In this document: positions 21,091 to 32,899 of the stretch, piece by piece
How positions within the stretch are numbered: position 1 is the stretch's first letter
Layout: each line of letters opens with the position of its first letter
Source of the DNA: an uncultured Planctomycetota bacterium
Lineage (GTDB): Bacteria > Planctomycetota > Planctomycetia > Isosphaerales > Isosphaeraceae
NCBI GenBank assembly: GCA_963823665.1
Contig: CAWGMQ010000004.1
Coordinates: forward strand, 320,001 to 384,000
Length of the DNA stretch: 64,000 nt
Reading direction: 5' to 3'
Translations under genes and position numbers: made by a program
Notes under the pieces: generated by a model
Databases searched by the model: none
What the model was told of the DNA's origin: nothing
The model's input: the letters and a program-made list of their open reading frames with translations, nothing else

Positions 21091-22589
21091 ATGATGATCC
21101 GCATTCATTATTGTATTGCATGGCTAGAAAACCTCTGGCCCGGGCCAGTTCGACGGGTGGCACTTTGCGCGGCGCTTTACTCAGTGCCGCTGATCGCCAT
21201 AACCGAGCGGTGCTGGACCCTGATATCTGGTGGCACTTGCGGACGGGGCAGTGGATCGTCGAACACACGCGAGTGCCAGCCACCGATCCATTCTCAACAT
21301 TCGGGGGCGGGCGACAGTGGGCGGCCTTTAGCTGGCTGTTCGAGATCGTCGCCTACGGCTTGTTTCGTGCGCTGGGGCTAATGGGAATCTGGCTCTTTCG
21401 CGCCGGCATGATCTGCGCTGTCGCCATCGCCCTTCACCGGCTGATCGTCAAACGCGAGCCGACGTTTGTCTGGGCGATCGGTCTTCTGGCGTTGGCGTTA
21501 GTGGCACTGTTACCAATCGGGTCGGAACGACCCTGGCACTTCACGATCCTCTTCAGCATCGCGACCCTTGCCGCAATCGAAGAGATCCGTCAGGCGCGGA
21601 GACCGTGGTGGTTGTGGCTGCTGCCGCTCGCCTTCGCGCTCTGGGCGAACCTTCATATTCAGTTCGTCCTCGGCCTGGCTTTCCTTGGCCTCGCGGCGCT
21701 CTTTGGGCTGATCGACGACTGTATCGTGAAGGCCCCCATGAAACGCCGGCTGACTTCGGGCACGCTCTGTCTGGTAACCCTGTTCTTCGCCTGTCTGCTG
21801 GCCACCGGCATCAATCCGATCGGATACGGTGTATACCGAGTTGTTCACGAATACGCGAGCCATTCGTCCGTCTTCAACACCATCCAGGAACATCGCGCAC
21901 CTGAATTCCGCGCCCTGAGCGATTGGTGCCTGGTCCTTCTCGCGGGGTTGGCGGCGTTCGCGATAGGAAGGCAGTCATCTCGCGATAACTATCTCATCGC
22001 GCTGCTTGCGGTCGCGACTTTTCTTGCGTTTCGCTCTGACCGCGACGGATGGGTCCTGGTTCTCGCCGCCCTTCTGGTGCTGACGAGCCAGTCGCCGAGA
22101 TCGTATCCGCTTTCGGAGCGATTCGATTACACGCGACGGCGCATGCTCGCCGTGAGCGCAATTGTTGCAAGCTTGCTTTTGCTTCTGGCGTGCTGGAAAG
22201 ACTTTTCTCCGCGCGGTCTAGGTCAGGCCGTCGAACGGTCCTATCCAGCGGAAGCCGCAGCCTTTCTCGAGCGAAGCGTGACGCCGGGCGCGATCTACAA
22301 CCAGTTGAACTGGGGAGGCTACCTGATCTGGCGGTTGCCTGCCTATCCCGTGACGATTGACGGACGAACCAATCTCCACGGCGACGAGCGAATCGACCGC
22401 TCGGAAAAGACGTGGTCCGGCCGGAGTGACCCTTGCGCCGACCCGGAGTTCCTCACGGCACGAATCATCGTCGCCGATCGCACGACCGCGCTCGCGAAGA
22501 TCCTTCGAGTCGACCCGCGCTTCGAGCCGATTCATGAGGACCCGGTGGCCGTGATCTTCCGGCCTCGTGACACGAAACACGCTCCTTAG
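21091..22589 (+). CDS. Polytopic membrane protein, putative GT-C fold glycosyltransferase; start uncertain, probable frameshift ~21205
   Basis: DPDIWWHL, DPFS, SWL, RP, LWANLH, INPIG, WGGYLIW...IDGR motifs and roughly 11 hydrophobic segments. Confidence 0.6.
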
Positions 22590-22732
22590 CGCAAAGATTG
22601 GCGACGCTGCGAACCCGACCTCCCGCCCATTTCGACGCAGACCCGAAGCCGCCTTGATCACCCATTCCGGGCGCGGCGGGGCCGACGCGTCACGGCGTCG
22701 AGCATAGCCCGAGCATTCGACGCGCTGTCATT

Positions 22733-25471
22733 TCAGCGATCTCTAGCTCGCGACCTGTCCTGCGTGTGTACACTGTGCGCTTTTGGCCGCAGCATCAACG
22801 TCGTACCAGGGCGTTTCGAAGCTTTGGCGTGATGAACGACCTTCGGATGCTTCGGCGGCGCCATGTAGATGTGGACGACATCATTTCTCGTAAGGCTGAA
22901 TGTGATCGGGTAGCCGCCCGGAGGAGTAACCATCGCCGTGATCGTATAAGTCCCCGCGGCAAGCGGCCCGACGGTGAGCGCCCATTGGCCGCTCGCGTTG
23001 GTGACCGCCTCGCCGAGCGACTGGACCGCGTCCACGCCCCGGTACGTTCCATACAGTTGGACGACGGCAAACGGCACGGCAGTACCGCTGAACGTCGGCT
23101 GGTTGGTCGCTGTGTATCCGATCGCAGCGTGAGGTCCATTCACGGCAACAGGATCGAGCCCGCCAGTGAAGTCGATGTTGGGGCTGGTCGTAGCGACGTT
23201 CGTTGCAACGATGGCCAGGCTGTTGAAAAATGTCGAATTACCGTTGTTGTCGTAAACCGAGATGGTCACGTTGAAGTTGCCTGCCGCCGGATAGAGATAG
23301 GCCCCCGAGACCAGGAAGAGGCCGGGCGTTGCGGATGAGGCCGTAACAATGCCGGTCGACGACTGACCGGCGCCCCAGTTGATCGACACGGTGAAGTCAG
23401 CGGCTGTGGCGCCCGAGTTCGTATCGAAAAACGAACCGACGATCACCGGGCTACTGGGCGGCGTGCCCGCTGTGAAGTTCACGGTCAGAGGAATGCCGCT
23501 GAGCACAGGCGCGGCGACGAAGGCGGTGCTGCTCACTGTGGCGGTCTGTCCACTCGGGTCTGTAATCGTGACCGTGACTGTATATTCGCCGGTTGCGCTA
23601 GCAATCAAATAAGTATGATTTCCGCTGACTGTGTAGAGATTGGACGGGTTGGGTCCGGTCACATGTCCAGGCGAAGAGGTTCCGTCACCCCAGTTGATCA
23701 CCACCGTGCTGTCCGCTGCATTGGCGTTCATATCAGTGAAAGTCGCGACAGTTGCACCTAGCGGTGCAGTCCCCACGGGTTGACCGACGGTGGCTGAGAA
23801 GTTCGTTCCCGATGCAGCCAAGGGACTGGCGATAAACGCGGTGCTGCCGACCTGGATCGACGCACCGTCCGGATCGCCGATGGTGACCGTCACATGGTAA
23901 GAACCCGTGGCGCTCGCACTCGCGTAGAGATGCGAGCCAGTGACCGTGTACACATCTGGTGGGCCGGCGGACTTCACTGTTCCGGTCGTGATCGGCTGAC
24001 CGTCACCCCAGTTGATCAGCGCCGTCAGGTTCGTGATAGTTGCGTTAGGATTCGTGTCGATAAAGTTGGCCACAACTGTATCCGTTGGTAGCAGAACCCC
24101 CGGCGTCGCAGGGAACGTAGTCCCTGTGCCCGTGAGGGTGGGAGCAGCGACAACCGCGGTACTCGCTACCGACGTCGACTGGTTATTGGCGGTGCTACTG
24201 ACCGCGATGCTCACCGGGTATGTTCCCGCGGTCGTATAGGTGTTTGTCCCATACACGTCCCATAACTCTGGGAAGCCAGCGCGCAGCTTGAGCATGCCCT
24301 GGGTCACGTTCCCATTTCCCCAGGTGATCGTCGCGCTGAGCGTGGCGGTGCTGTCCGCCGTGTTTGTGTCGAAAAATGACCCCACAATACCGCTGAATGG
24401 CTGATCCAGCGATGCATTGAATGTGGTTGGCAACGGCGTCAATACGGCCCCCGACACGTTCGCCGTACTCATGGTATAGGACATGCTATTGTGTTGATCA
24501 ATGAGAGTTACCGTCAGACTTTCGGTGCCGGGCGTAGCGTAAACGTGCGAGCCTGAGATCGAGAAGTCATTCACGGTCATCATGTCGACGGTTGACGTGC
24601 CCGTCAGGGTAATCGTGCCGACCGTGCTTGGGGAGCCATCGCCCCAGTCGATCGTGGCGCCGAAGTCGCTCGCTGTATCGCCTAGGTTGGCGTCCGTGAA
24701 CGTCGCGACCGTCACGTTGAATGAAGCGCCAGCGTTCGCGGTGAACTGTTGACCGGTCAAGCCGTAAGTCGACGTGGGACCAATCTTGGCGGTCCCGCTG
24801 GCGAATCCATCCAGACCATTGTTCGTGCTGATGACCGTGACGGTCGTGTCATACGTTCCCTGAGCGCCGTACGTATTGGTGCCATAGACTGTGAAGGCGC
24901 CGTTACCTCCCTGAATCAAGCCGATGGACGTGTTTCCATTGCCCCACGTGATGAGCGCCTGGAAATCGCTGGCGAGGTCGGCCGGATTCGGGTCGAGGAA
25001 GTTGGCGACGGCTACGCCAGTCAGGGCCGTGCCCGCGCTTCCTTTGATCGTGTTGGCGGCGATCGTCAGCTCCGGCGGGGCTGATGTGGTCACGGTCGCC
25101 AGGCCGCTCGCGATGGCGCTGTTACCGCTTTGATCGTTCACCGAAATCAGCGTCGAGAATGAACCCGTGTCGGCGTAAGCGTGCGAAGCATCGACATAGA
25201 AAACGCCGGGAGAAATCGGCCCGACCACGAGTCCAGCGCTTGTCACGCCATCGCCCCAGTTGACCTGAACGGATCCTGGTGGGTTGTTGAAGTCTGATGG
25301 CGAGGCCGAGTGATCGCTGTCCACCAGCGTGGCCACCACATTGCTGAACGGCACCTGCGCGGTTGCGTTGACGTTAATGGGGGACAGCACAAGCGTGAGC
25401 AAGCCGCGCTGCTCCAGTTGATCAAAAAGCCCGCGACATCGGCTTCGGTTTCTTCGCGAACTCATAACCAT
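22733..25471 (-). CDS. Extracellular protein with 7 tandem PKD/Ig-like WGDG repeats and a C-terminal bacterial Ig-like domain
   Basis: Signal FDQLEQRGLL; repeats carry VAxFxD...WG(D/N/A)G...H/NxY...G; C-terminal TNQPTFSGTA...GQW. Confidence 0.85.
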   Translation of the reverse strand: MVMSSRRNRSRCRGLFDQLEQRGLLTLVLSPINVNATAQVPFSNVVATLVDSDHSASPSDFNNPPGSVQVNWGDGVTSAGLVVGPISPGVFYVDASHAYADTGSFSTLISVNDQSGNSAIASGLATVTTSAPPELTIAANTIKGSAGTALTGVAVANFLDPNPADLASDFQALITWGNGNTSIGLIQGGNGAFTVYGTNTYGAQGTYDTTVTVISTNNGLDGFASGTAKIGPTSTYGLTGQQFTANAGASFNVTVATFTDANLGDTASDFGATIDWGDGSPSTVGTITLTGTSTVDMMTVNDFSISGSHVYATPGTESLTVTLIDQHNSMSYTMSTANVSGAVLTPLPTTFNASLDQPFSGIVGSFFDTNTADSTATLSATITWGNGNVTQGMLKLRAGFPELWDVYGTNTYTTAGTYPVSIAVSSTANNQSTSVASTAVVAAPTLTGTGTTFPATPGVLLPTDTVVANFIDTNPNATITNLTALINWGDGQPITTGTVKSAGPPDVYTVTGSHLYASASATGSYHVTVTIGDPDGASIQVGSTAFIASPLAASGTNFSATVGQPVGTAPLGATVATFTDMNANAADSTVVINWGDGTSSPGHVTGPNPSNLYTVSGNHTYLIASATGEYTVTVTITDPSGQTATVSSTAFVAAPVLSGIPLTVNFTAGTPPSSPVIVGSFFDTNSGATAADFTVSINWGAGQSSTGIVTASSATPGLFLVSGAYLYPAAGNFNVTISVYDNNGNSTFFNSLAIVATNVATTSPNIDFTGGLDPVAVNGPHAAIGYTATNQPTFSGTAVPFAVVQLYGTYRGVDAVQSLGEAVTNASGQWALTVGPLAAGTYTITAMVTPPGGYPITFSLTRNDVVHIYMAPPKHPKVVHHAKASKRPGTTLMLRPKAHSVHTQDRSRARDR

Positions 25472-25618
25472 AATATCCCTCGACTTACGACATCTGCCAT
25501 GGAGAGATTGGATCAGGCGCAGCGACCGCGGCGGAGTGATGGCCGGGGGTTTCCCCCCTTGGGCGGGCGGGACCGCTTGGTCACCCCGGCACTGGGCTGT
25601 AGCTCTGCGAATTCGAGA

Positions 25619-26224
25619 CTAGTAGTGAGAAACCTTCTGGATGTTGAAGGCCCCATTCTTGAGGATGCTCAGGCCATTGAGTATCGCAACCTGCGCGGTC
25701 TGAATGGCGCTGTCCTGGCTGAGTGTATAGAGCGATGCAGTCGGTGACGAAGTGCCGGGTTGCGGGATCGTTTCGAGTAATGACTTCGCAAGCGACCCCT
25801 TGGGGGATTCTCCTTGAGACCCGATGATCTTGGTCGAGACGAGTTGCTTGAGCGCGTAGGGCTGACCCGGTGCCTTCGCCGTGCCCTGCGGCGACTGGAT
25901 GAACACATTAATCAATTGTTGACCGAGTAGCGCCACACGCTGAGTTGTGTAAAGCGTGAACGCGTTGGTCGTCGCCGCGCTCGGGCTTGCCTGATTCTGG
26001 ATCGAGGCAAAATACGTCGCTCGGGCTTGATCGTAGTCGCTCTCGAACGAGCTGAACGCCTGATTAATCTCGGCGGAAAACGCCTGCTGCTCGCGGTTGA
26101 TCGCTTTCAGACGTGGCGACAGCCCGCTAACAACAACCGACAACCCCTGCGTCGTCCTGCTCAAGACGATGCGGTTCTCAAGCCGGTCGAGCGCCGACGG
26201 AACGAATCCATTTCGCCGTCTCAT
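25619..26224 (-). CDS. Hypothetical secreted protein with planctomycete export signal
   Basis: MRRRNGFVPSALDRLENRIVLS; helical Gln/Ser-rich body; GGAGG RBS. Confidence 0.75.
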   Translation of the reverse strand: MRRRNGFVPSALDRLENRIVLSRTTQGLSVVVSGLSPRLKAINREQQAFSAEINQAFSSFESDYDQARATYFASIQNQASPSAATTNAFTLYTTQRVALLGQQLINVFIQSPQGTAKAPGQPYALKQLVSTKIIGSQGESPKGSLAKSLLETIPQPGTSSPTASLYTLSQDSAIQTAQVAILNGLSILKNGAFNIQKVSHY

Positions 26225-26751
26225 GTCCGAATCGCCTCCGTGTGATATCGAATCGCGTATCCGCGACTGGCGCGGGGAACCCTAACGCGACAATCAATGG
26301 CGCTCCGCGTCCCGATGACTCCATTCCTGAAAGCACTTTATCACACGGATGAGAGTATGCTGAAAAATTCCATACTTTGGTAAGTTGGCGAAAGATTGCA
26401 GTTCGCGACCTCCGGCGAACTCCGAGCGAGTGCATGCACGATGCCGTGCGTACCTCGCGAATTTCACCGTTCAGTTAAGCTGCGCAAAGCTTGCAACGCT
26501 TAGGGCAAGATTCTCGGTGCTCTGCTCGTCGAATTATCGATCGAAACCACAGAATCCGCACAATAGTGACGATCAATTCCGTTGAAGGCGCAGCGGGCGC
26601 ACGAGCGATCGAAAAGGCGCGGCATCAAAACAACGGGTGACGTGAGTGTCACTTTCATGCTGCTCCGAGCGGCGACGAGGGCTTCGGCTACGCGCCGCTT
26701 CGGTCGTTGAAACACATAAACGGATGAAACGGTTCGCAGGGGGCGACTGGC

Positions 26752-27294
26752 ATGCAGTACGAGTTGACGCAAGCCGGCAAAACCTCGCCAGACGCGCCGA
26801 GCTTGCCCCATCTCTTGAAGCTGGTCTACGGCGTGCTCAGCAAAGCCCCGGGACCGCTCAGTGAGCAAGATGTCTCCGCGCAGCTCGGCGGCGATCACAG
26901 CAATGCTTTCAGCGTCGATAACGTGCAGAAAGCGCTCCGACAGCTCCGGGACCTGAATTACGTCGACGAGTCCTCAACCGAACCCGCCGAGGAAACCGTT
27001 GCCGTGCTTTCAGCGACAGTTACTGTCGCATCCGAAACCGTGATGGTTGCCGGCACCGCAGCAGAAAGCGACGACCCATGCGGCGATGCGATCGTCAGGT
27101 TTCTGCAAAGGGAGAACAGATGTGTCCCCAAAGCTCAGATCGTCGCAAAATTCGCGAACGGCAAACCGCCGTGCTACGACGACGAGGGTGTCTTGGTCGC
27201 GCTTGACCGACTCACAACCGACGGGGACATTCGCCACTGCAATCAACAAAGAAACTGTTACACAGTCGGTGCGTGCCCAGAACCCCAAACATAA
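26752..27294 (+). CDS. Hypothetical protein with two putative winged-helix domains
   Basis: VYGVLSKAPGPLSEQDVSAQL...VQKALRQLRDLNYV and IVRFLQRENRCVPKAQIV...VLVALDRLTTDGDI. Confidence 0.55.
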   Translation: MQYELTQAGKTSPDAPSLPHLLKLVYGVLSKAPGPLSEQDVSAQLGGDHSNAFSVDNVQKALRQLRDLNYVDESSTEPAEETVAVLSATVTVASETVMVAGTAAESDDPCGDAIVRFLQRENRCVPKAQIVAKFANGKPPCYDDEGVLVALDRLTTDGDIRHCNQQRNCYTVGACPEPQT

Positions 27295-27477
27295 AGCATT
27301 TCTATGAATCACGATAACGACCAACAAGAAATCTATTAAAAGCACAAAGAGTGCCGAGAATGAAGTCGCTTTTGAAAGGTTGCTTTGTGAAGACAGCTCG
27401 CCGCGGACCGGAAGCGTTCCGTCAAACGTCCTCGGGCCGCGCCGTCGTGTACTCAAAGCCGGGCAAGGAGCGCAGGG

Positions 27478-30400
27478 ATGTCGACCCAACGCACGGTTTG
27501 CCTTTGGATCGTTCTCGTCGTCGCGACCCAGGCGACGACGAACGCTCATGCGCAGCTCATCACCGGCGGCGAAAGCCTGATCGAGAAGTACAATCCGTTC
27601 CGGCAAACTGATCTGTCAGAGCCGCTGACGGTGCTCGAGTTGAGTAAGCGGCTCGATTGCATCGGCGAGAAAATGCGAAACGACGGCCTCGTGGTCATCA
27701 AGCGACCCGACGTCTTCAGCCAGGCGAGGATGACGCACTTCCGCACCGATTTTGAAAACCAGATGATGAAGGACCTGGTGACCTTCCACCTGGTGCTTTC
27801 GGCAAGAATCAATCGCCTCGATGCGGCCACGACCACCCAATCGACAAGTCTCGCAGCCTCCCTTGCCGCGCCTGGAACGGCCAATGTCCACACGGGCGGC
27901 GCGGGTTCAGCAAGTAGTTCCCCGTCCGCATCAAGCGGGCTGCCGCCGGTTCCGACGCTGCCTTCCAATGGCATGGTGGCTCCCGGCACGTCGGCCACAC
28001 TCGACCCCAACAAGAACGCGTTCGCCAACGTGGGCGTCGATCTCAGCAATCCGCTGGCTTTGGTGAATTCTAGTACGGCCGCTGCGATGAATCTCGGTGT
28101 CGAACCGACGGTCTATCTCGACGAAAAGAAAAGGTTCCTCGACCATCTTAACCAGATCAGGCGCATCAACCACGGTCCTGACCAGAACGATTCCTCAGGC
28201 TATGGGCTGTATTTGTTGCGCATGCCCGTGTCGATCACGCCCGGAGAATGCACCTATCACGGTCACGGCGCTGAGCTCGCCGTGACCGTCGAGCATGAGT
28301 TCCCTCCAGACTTCCTGAAGTCGGCATTCCGCAACCTCGTCATTAACGACCTGGTCGACCAGCTCGGTCCGGTCGTGTATGAGGTGATTCGATCCGGCGT
28401 CCTTTTAAAGATGGAGGATCTTCATAAGCAGCAGCAACTGGCAAAAGAATTTCCGACGTTACTGGTGCGACAGAAGGCCGAGCTCCGCAACGAAATCGTT
28501 GCACAAACAATTGCATTCAAAGACCGAAAACCCCAAAGGCGCCGACTGTTTGTTTATCCGCTAGCTGATTTCATTCTTCACTATCCACCTACGGCCAAGC
28601 GCATGGACCGTTCAACGTTGGATGCGGTCGTGCAGCGTCTTGCCGTGCTTCTATGGGCGAGAGAGAAAACCGGCGGGGATGAAGACGCGCTCAAGGCCAC
28701 TCGTTCAGGCATGAAAGAAAGAACGACTCGATACTTGACCGGACAAAATCCCACTCCAGTCGACTACGAGCACATCGCAGATAACGTGGACGACATGCTG
28801 AGCAAGGTCGCAGCTAGCGGCGACAAAGACCAAGTTCTTGTGGACTTCTTGGATCAACTGTTCCAGACCAAGCAGCCCGATGAACTGGAATTGCTGCGAA
28901 AAATTTCCGGTCCGGTCGCGCGAGTGATGGAGGCAATGGATCAAACGCAAGAAGCCATCAAGCAAGCCGAGAACCTCGGGGCCAACCTTAGATTGAGCCT
29001 TCCGTCGACTCGCAATCCGAAAGTGCGGTACCCGGTTCCGCCTCAGGAAGTACTCAGTGTGTTCCTCGAGGAGAACATCTACGTGATCGCGGAAGATGTC
29101 AAGAAATCCTTGCTGACGAAGGTGCCACGGGCCACGGATGTGCGGAACTATCTCAGGCATTCGCTCTACGCCGCATTTGACGTGATGGATGGAAAGCCAA
29201 ACTCGCGCGGTGAAGCGTTGCTCAATGACATCTGGCTGTTGTCGTCGATCTGTGAAGCTGTCGCGAAGCGAGACTTTGGAAAGGGCGGGTCGCTGCGGAA
29301 AGCGTTCGAAGACTTCGTTCAAAGGCTCAAGACTGTCCAAACACGAATCAAAGACGAGAAGGAACAGACCACCTATCCAATCGTTGCTCTCTGCTGGGCG
29401 GTCGCCGTCGACGCGAGTTTGCTGGATGACGCACTACACGAGTGGATTCCCAAGGTGTTTGCGGCGAACGAGGTGGACCTCGCCGTGCCGGAGGAAATGC
29501 ACTTCTACGTTCAGGACGAGGCTCTCGCCAACGGCGCAAACACCGTCTTTCAGGAGTGGGTGAAGTATCGATGGCCGCTTATTACTTTTGCCGTCGACCC
29601 GGTCGCCGAGCAACAGAATATCGCCGACTCGTTCACGCTTCAGCGCGACCTTCAGCTCGCCCTCTCCTTTGCCTTTGCAACCGGCCAGATCAGTTTCAGC
29701 CAGATGAATACGTTTCGCCGTCAGATCCAGCAGTCGTCAGACACCATCGCCCTGAACCGCACGGTCACGGGTTTCACTCACGGCAACGACACGTTCGGAT
29801 TTCGCTTCACGCCTCGTTTTCAGAATCCGCCGCAGCAGCGGACGAACATAGGTGTCATCGCAAGTCAACTCATCGGTGGAGGCCCCGGACCAGACTATGG
29901 GACCAGGAAGAGCAAGCTCGAGCCCGGGATGCGGGAGCTTACGGTCACGGTCCTGGCTCCGTCGTTCATGCCGACATTGCGCATGCAGGTTCTCGAGCAA
30001 CTGGTTCAAGCTCACCGATCCGGAGCACCTGATTTTCCACACGAAACGCATGCTTGAGCGTGGCCGCGAAGTGCAAGAGCTGCGCCAGGCTGTCGTCGAC
30101 GAGTGCAGTAAAGCGCAGTACCGCGACGCCGACTTGCGTGTGCTCAGGGCCAAGCTGGCGCAGCTCGAGGCCATGCTGCCGGCCCAGTCGACCGTGGTTC
30201 AGCTTCCGTTCGAGAACAGCGCCAGCGGGTTCGAACTCTTTACCGACGGTGTCACGGCGCTCGTCCCCGAGTTGTCCGGCTACGACGGCGTCGACATCAT
30301 CACCAAGCCCACAACCGCGACAACCAATCCTCTGGCCGACATCTTCATTTATGGCAAATACATCGACTTGCTGGATACGAGAGTAATCGTCGGCGGTGCC

Positions 30401-31564
30401 TATGTTCCACCCATGGCCCAAGGCACGCCCGCCACTGGCGGATTCGAGATCATCAGCCGGGAAGTGGCCCACGTGATCATCCCGTCGACTGCCCAGCAAA
30501 CCGTTACAATTGACGACAAGACCTACCTCGAGGTCTATCTTGCCACGCCTAGCGGCATCAGTAACCGCGTGCTCGTCCCCTTCCAGCCCGCCGCGCCTCC
30601 GCCGCTCGTGGCGTTCGACCTGAACACGAGCGACGCCAACAGCACCGAGCTCGACATCTTCTATCAATGGCAAAACGACAATGGCACGCCCACTCTGGTC
30701 GCCACCGACGATCCGGGCACCGTGGACAAGAAGCCGCTCAAGATCACATGGGATGCCGGCACAGGAATGGCCCCGAAGACTCTCCAAGCGACATTCAGCA
30801 CCACGGCAGGTGGCTACTTGATCAACATCGCGCTTCCCGCGAATTCCGGGGCGAAGGACGATTACTCAGTAGACCGGCAAGTGCTGACAGTTTGCCTGCT
30901 CAAAGAGCTTCAAAAGGTGCTCCCTGCACAATCAATACTGCCCGATCCACTCACGGTCACGATCTCTGTCCAGCCCTACATGCCACTGGACTCGATGGGT
31001 TATCGAGTGATCTCGAAGGCGAAACAACTGAAAACGACACTCCCGGTCAGGCTAATCCCGAAGTCTGGGCACAACGCTCTTCCAACCGTCGTTTGTCCGC
31101 CGCCGCCGCCGCCGCCAGCCCCGACCCCAAAGGCAGATGGAACGACCCTCCGATCTGTGACGCCAACCGGCGACGCAATTCTTCAGACAAGCCTGAGCGG
31201 CGCCAGCCAAATCCCTCAGTTGAGCGGGCAGGGAATCGCCCGTGAGCTGTCTCAAGTGCCCAATTTCTCCTCCCTCTCTTCCTTGGCCCAAGGCGCAATC
31301 CCTCCGCTGCCCACGAGCTTGATCACTTCAGAAATTGCCGCAGCGTCCAGGTTCGCTTCGATTGCCCCTACCAACGTCATTCCGGCCCAGCTTCAAACGT
31401 TGGTACCTGCGTTGCCCACTGTGCCCCCAATCGTTGTTCACTCATCACCGGTCACGGTCGTCGCACCGTCCACGGTCCTTCAGCCGAAGGCGCAATCCAT
31501 CTTGTCTCGGCTCTTACACCGAGATCGCAACGACCGGTCTTCAAGGGGAGCATCCCAGCGTTGA
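27478..31564 (+). CDS. Very large (~1360 aa) secreted hypothetical protein; frameshift ~29990
   Basis: Signal peptide ending AHA-Q; ORFs 27478-30057 and 29852-31564 join (MQV-SSNWFKL); IPT/TIG-like segment and Pro-rich tail. Confidence 0.75.
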
Positions 31565-31698
31565 CGGGCCTCGTGGCACTCAAGCCGCGAATTCCGAAAC
31601 ACGCATCGCCCCCTGCAATGCAGCCAGAGGGGATGCGGCAATGCGCATCGACTCACGCACGGCTCGAAGCGCTTACGCGACGTTGAGCCTGGCCGCAA

Positions 31699-32529
31699 TC
31701 ACTGTTTCTTCGGGGCCGGTTGAGCGGCTTTTTCTGGGGGCTTCGCCGAATCTTCCGCCGGTGGATTCGCGGGGTCTTCCTTTTTTACGGTCACTTTCGG
31801 TTGTGCTTGCTGCGCATCGGCGGGCGCGGGATCGGGCGCGGCAAACGGTGCAATCTTGCTCGTCGTAGCCTTCTTGAGGGAGAACGGTACTGGTTTGATC
31901 GCAATTTCCTGGGCGGCGAAGAAAGGAACGGCTCCAACCGCCGTTGGAATTGACGGCGTCACCTTGATCGTCGCTTCTCCCCCCTTTGGCACAGGGTGAC
32001 CCGCACCGAACTCCGTTCCGCTCGTCTTGTTGATCTCGTCGACGAGCTTTGTCGCCAGATCCTTCAGGATTGGTGTGAGCGGATAGTGCTTTGCCTTCGC
32101 GTCCCATGAAATATTTGTTATATCGGCTGAGATCGTATCCGTGTCGCTGAACTTGAAGAGGATCACGACTTCGAGTTTCGTTGGGATGATACCTGAGGCG
32201 CTCGTCGCGACGATGTTCAACTGGGAATCGGTGGTTGGGGCTCCGCCGTTGATTTGGAAGAAGCCCGCGGTCGTCGTCGACTTACTCTCCGCATACTCGA
32301 ACTTCAAGACACTTTTCTTGTCGACGCTGTAGTCAGACGCCGCGGCGTAGGCCGGCGCGTCAGGGGTAGTTGGTTTGGGCGTCGACGTACTGGGCTGGCC
32401 AGTCGTCGTAGACTGAGTCTGCGCAGAGCTTGATGTTGCACTCAAGAAGGACAACGCGAATGCGAATGCCGGAACCGCGCGGCGCAGCCCAGTTAGTAAC
32501 ACGTTGTATCGCCTGGTAGTCATTCCCAC
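31699..32529 (-). CDS. Secreted hypothetical protein resembling the C-terminal domain of 27478-31564
   Basis: Signal peptide ...SSSAQ; globular core flanked by Pro/Thr/Lys-rich linkers. Confidence 0.7.
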   Translation of the reverse strand: MGMTTRRYNVLLTGLRRAVPAFAFALSFLSATSSSAQTQSTTTGQPSTSTPKPTTPDAPAYAAASDYSVDKKSVLKFEYAESKSTTTAGFFQINGGAPTTDSQLNIVATSASGIIPTKLEVVILFKFSDTDTISADITNISWDAKAKHYPLTPILKDLATKLVDEINKTSGTEFGAGHPVPKGGEATIKVTPSIPTAVGAVPFFAAQEIAIKPVPFSLKKATTSKIAPFAAPDPAPADAQQAQPKVTVKKEDPANPPAEDSAKPPEKAAQPAPKKQ

Positions 32530-32899
32530 CTCGATCGTTCACCGACCCGAAAAGGCGCTCGTAAAGACTGCGACGCCAACCCGAATTAAACATGCCGGAT
32601 TTTCCTCTCAAGTCAAATGGCTGGCGGGGCTTCTGCTACTTTCCTGGGTGATACCAGAACTGTCCGGCAGCGACAGTCGGCGGCGCTCGCTCGCAAATGG
32701 CCACACCGCGTTCATGAGAGAAGCTCGCGAGGATAGCCTGCATGCGAAGGATGGCGAAGGGCTTGTGCGCAGGCTGCGTCATTGATACATTCGGCATAAT
32801 GCGGAAAATCTTACCATTCGGTACAACTTATCGCCTTGGTTCGCTGGGATGGAGCGGGTGGCATTGTCTTACTAGAGATAGTCTTTCGCGGAGTTTCCG

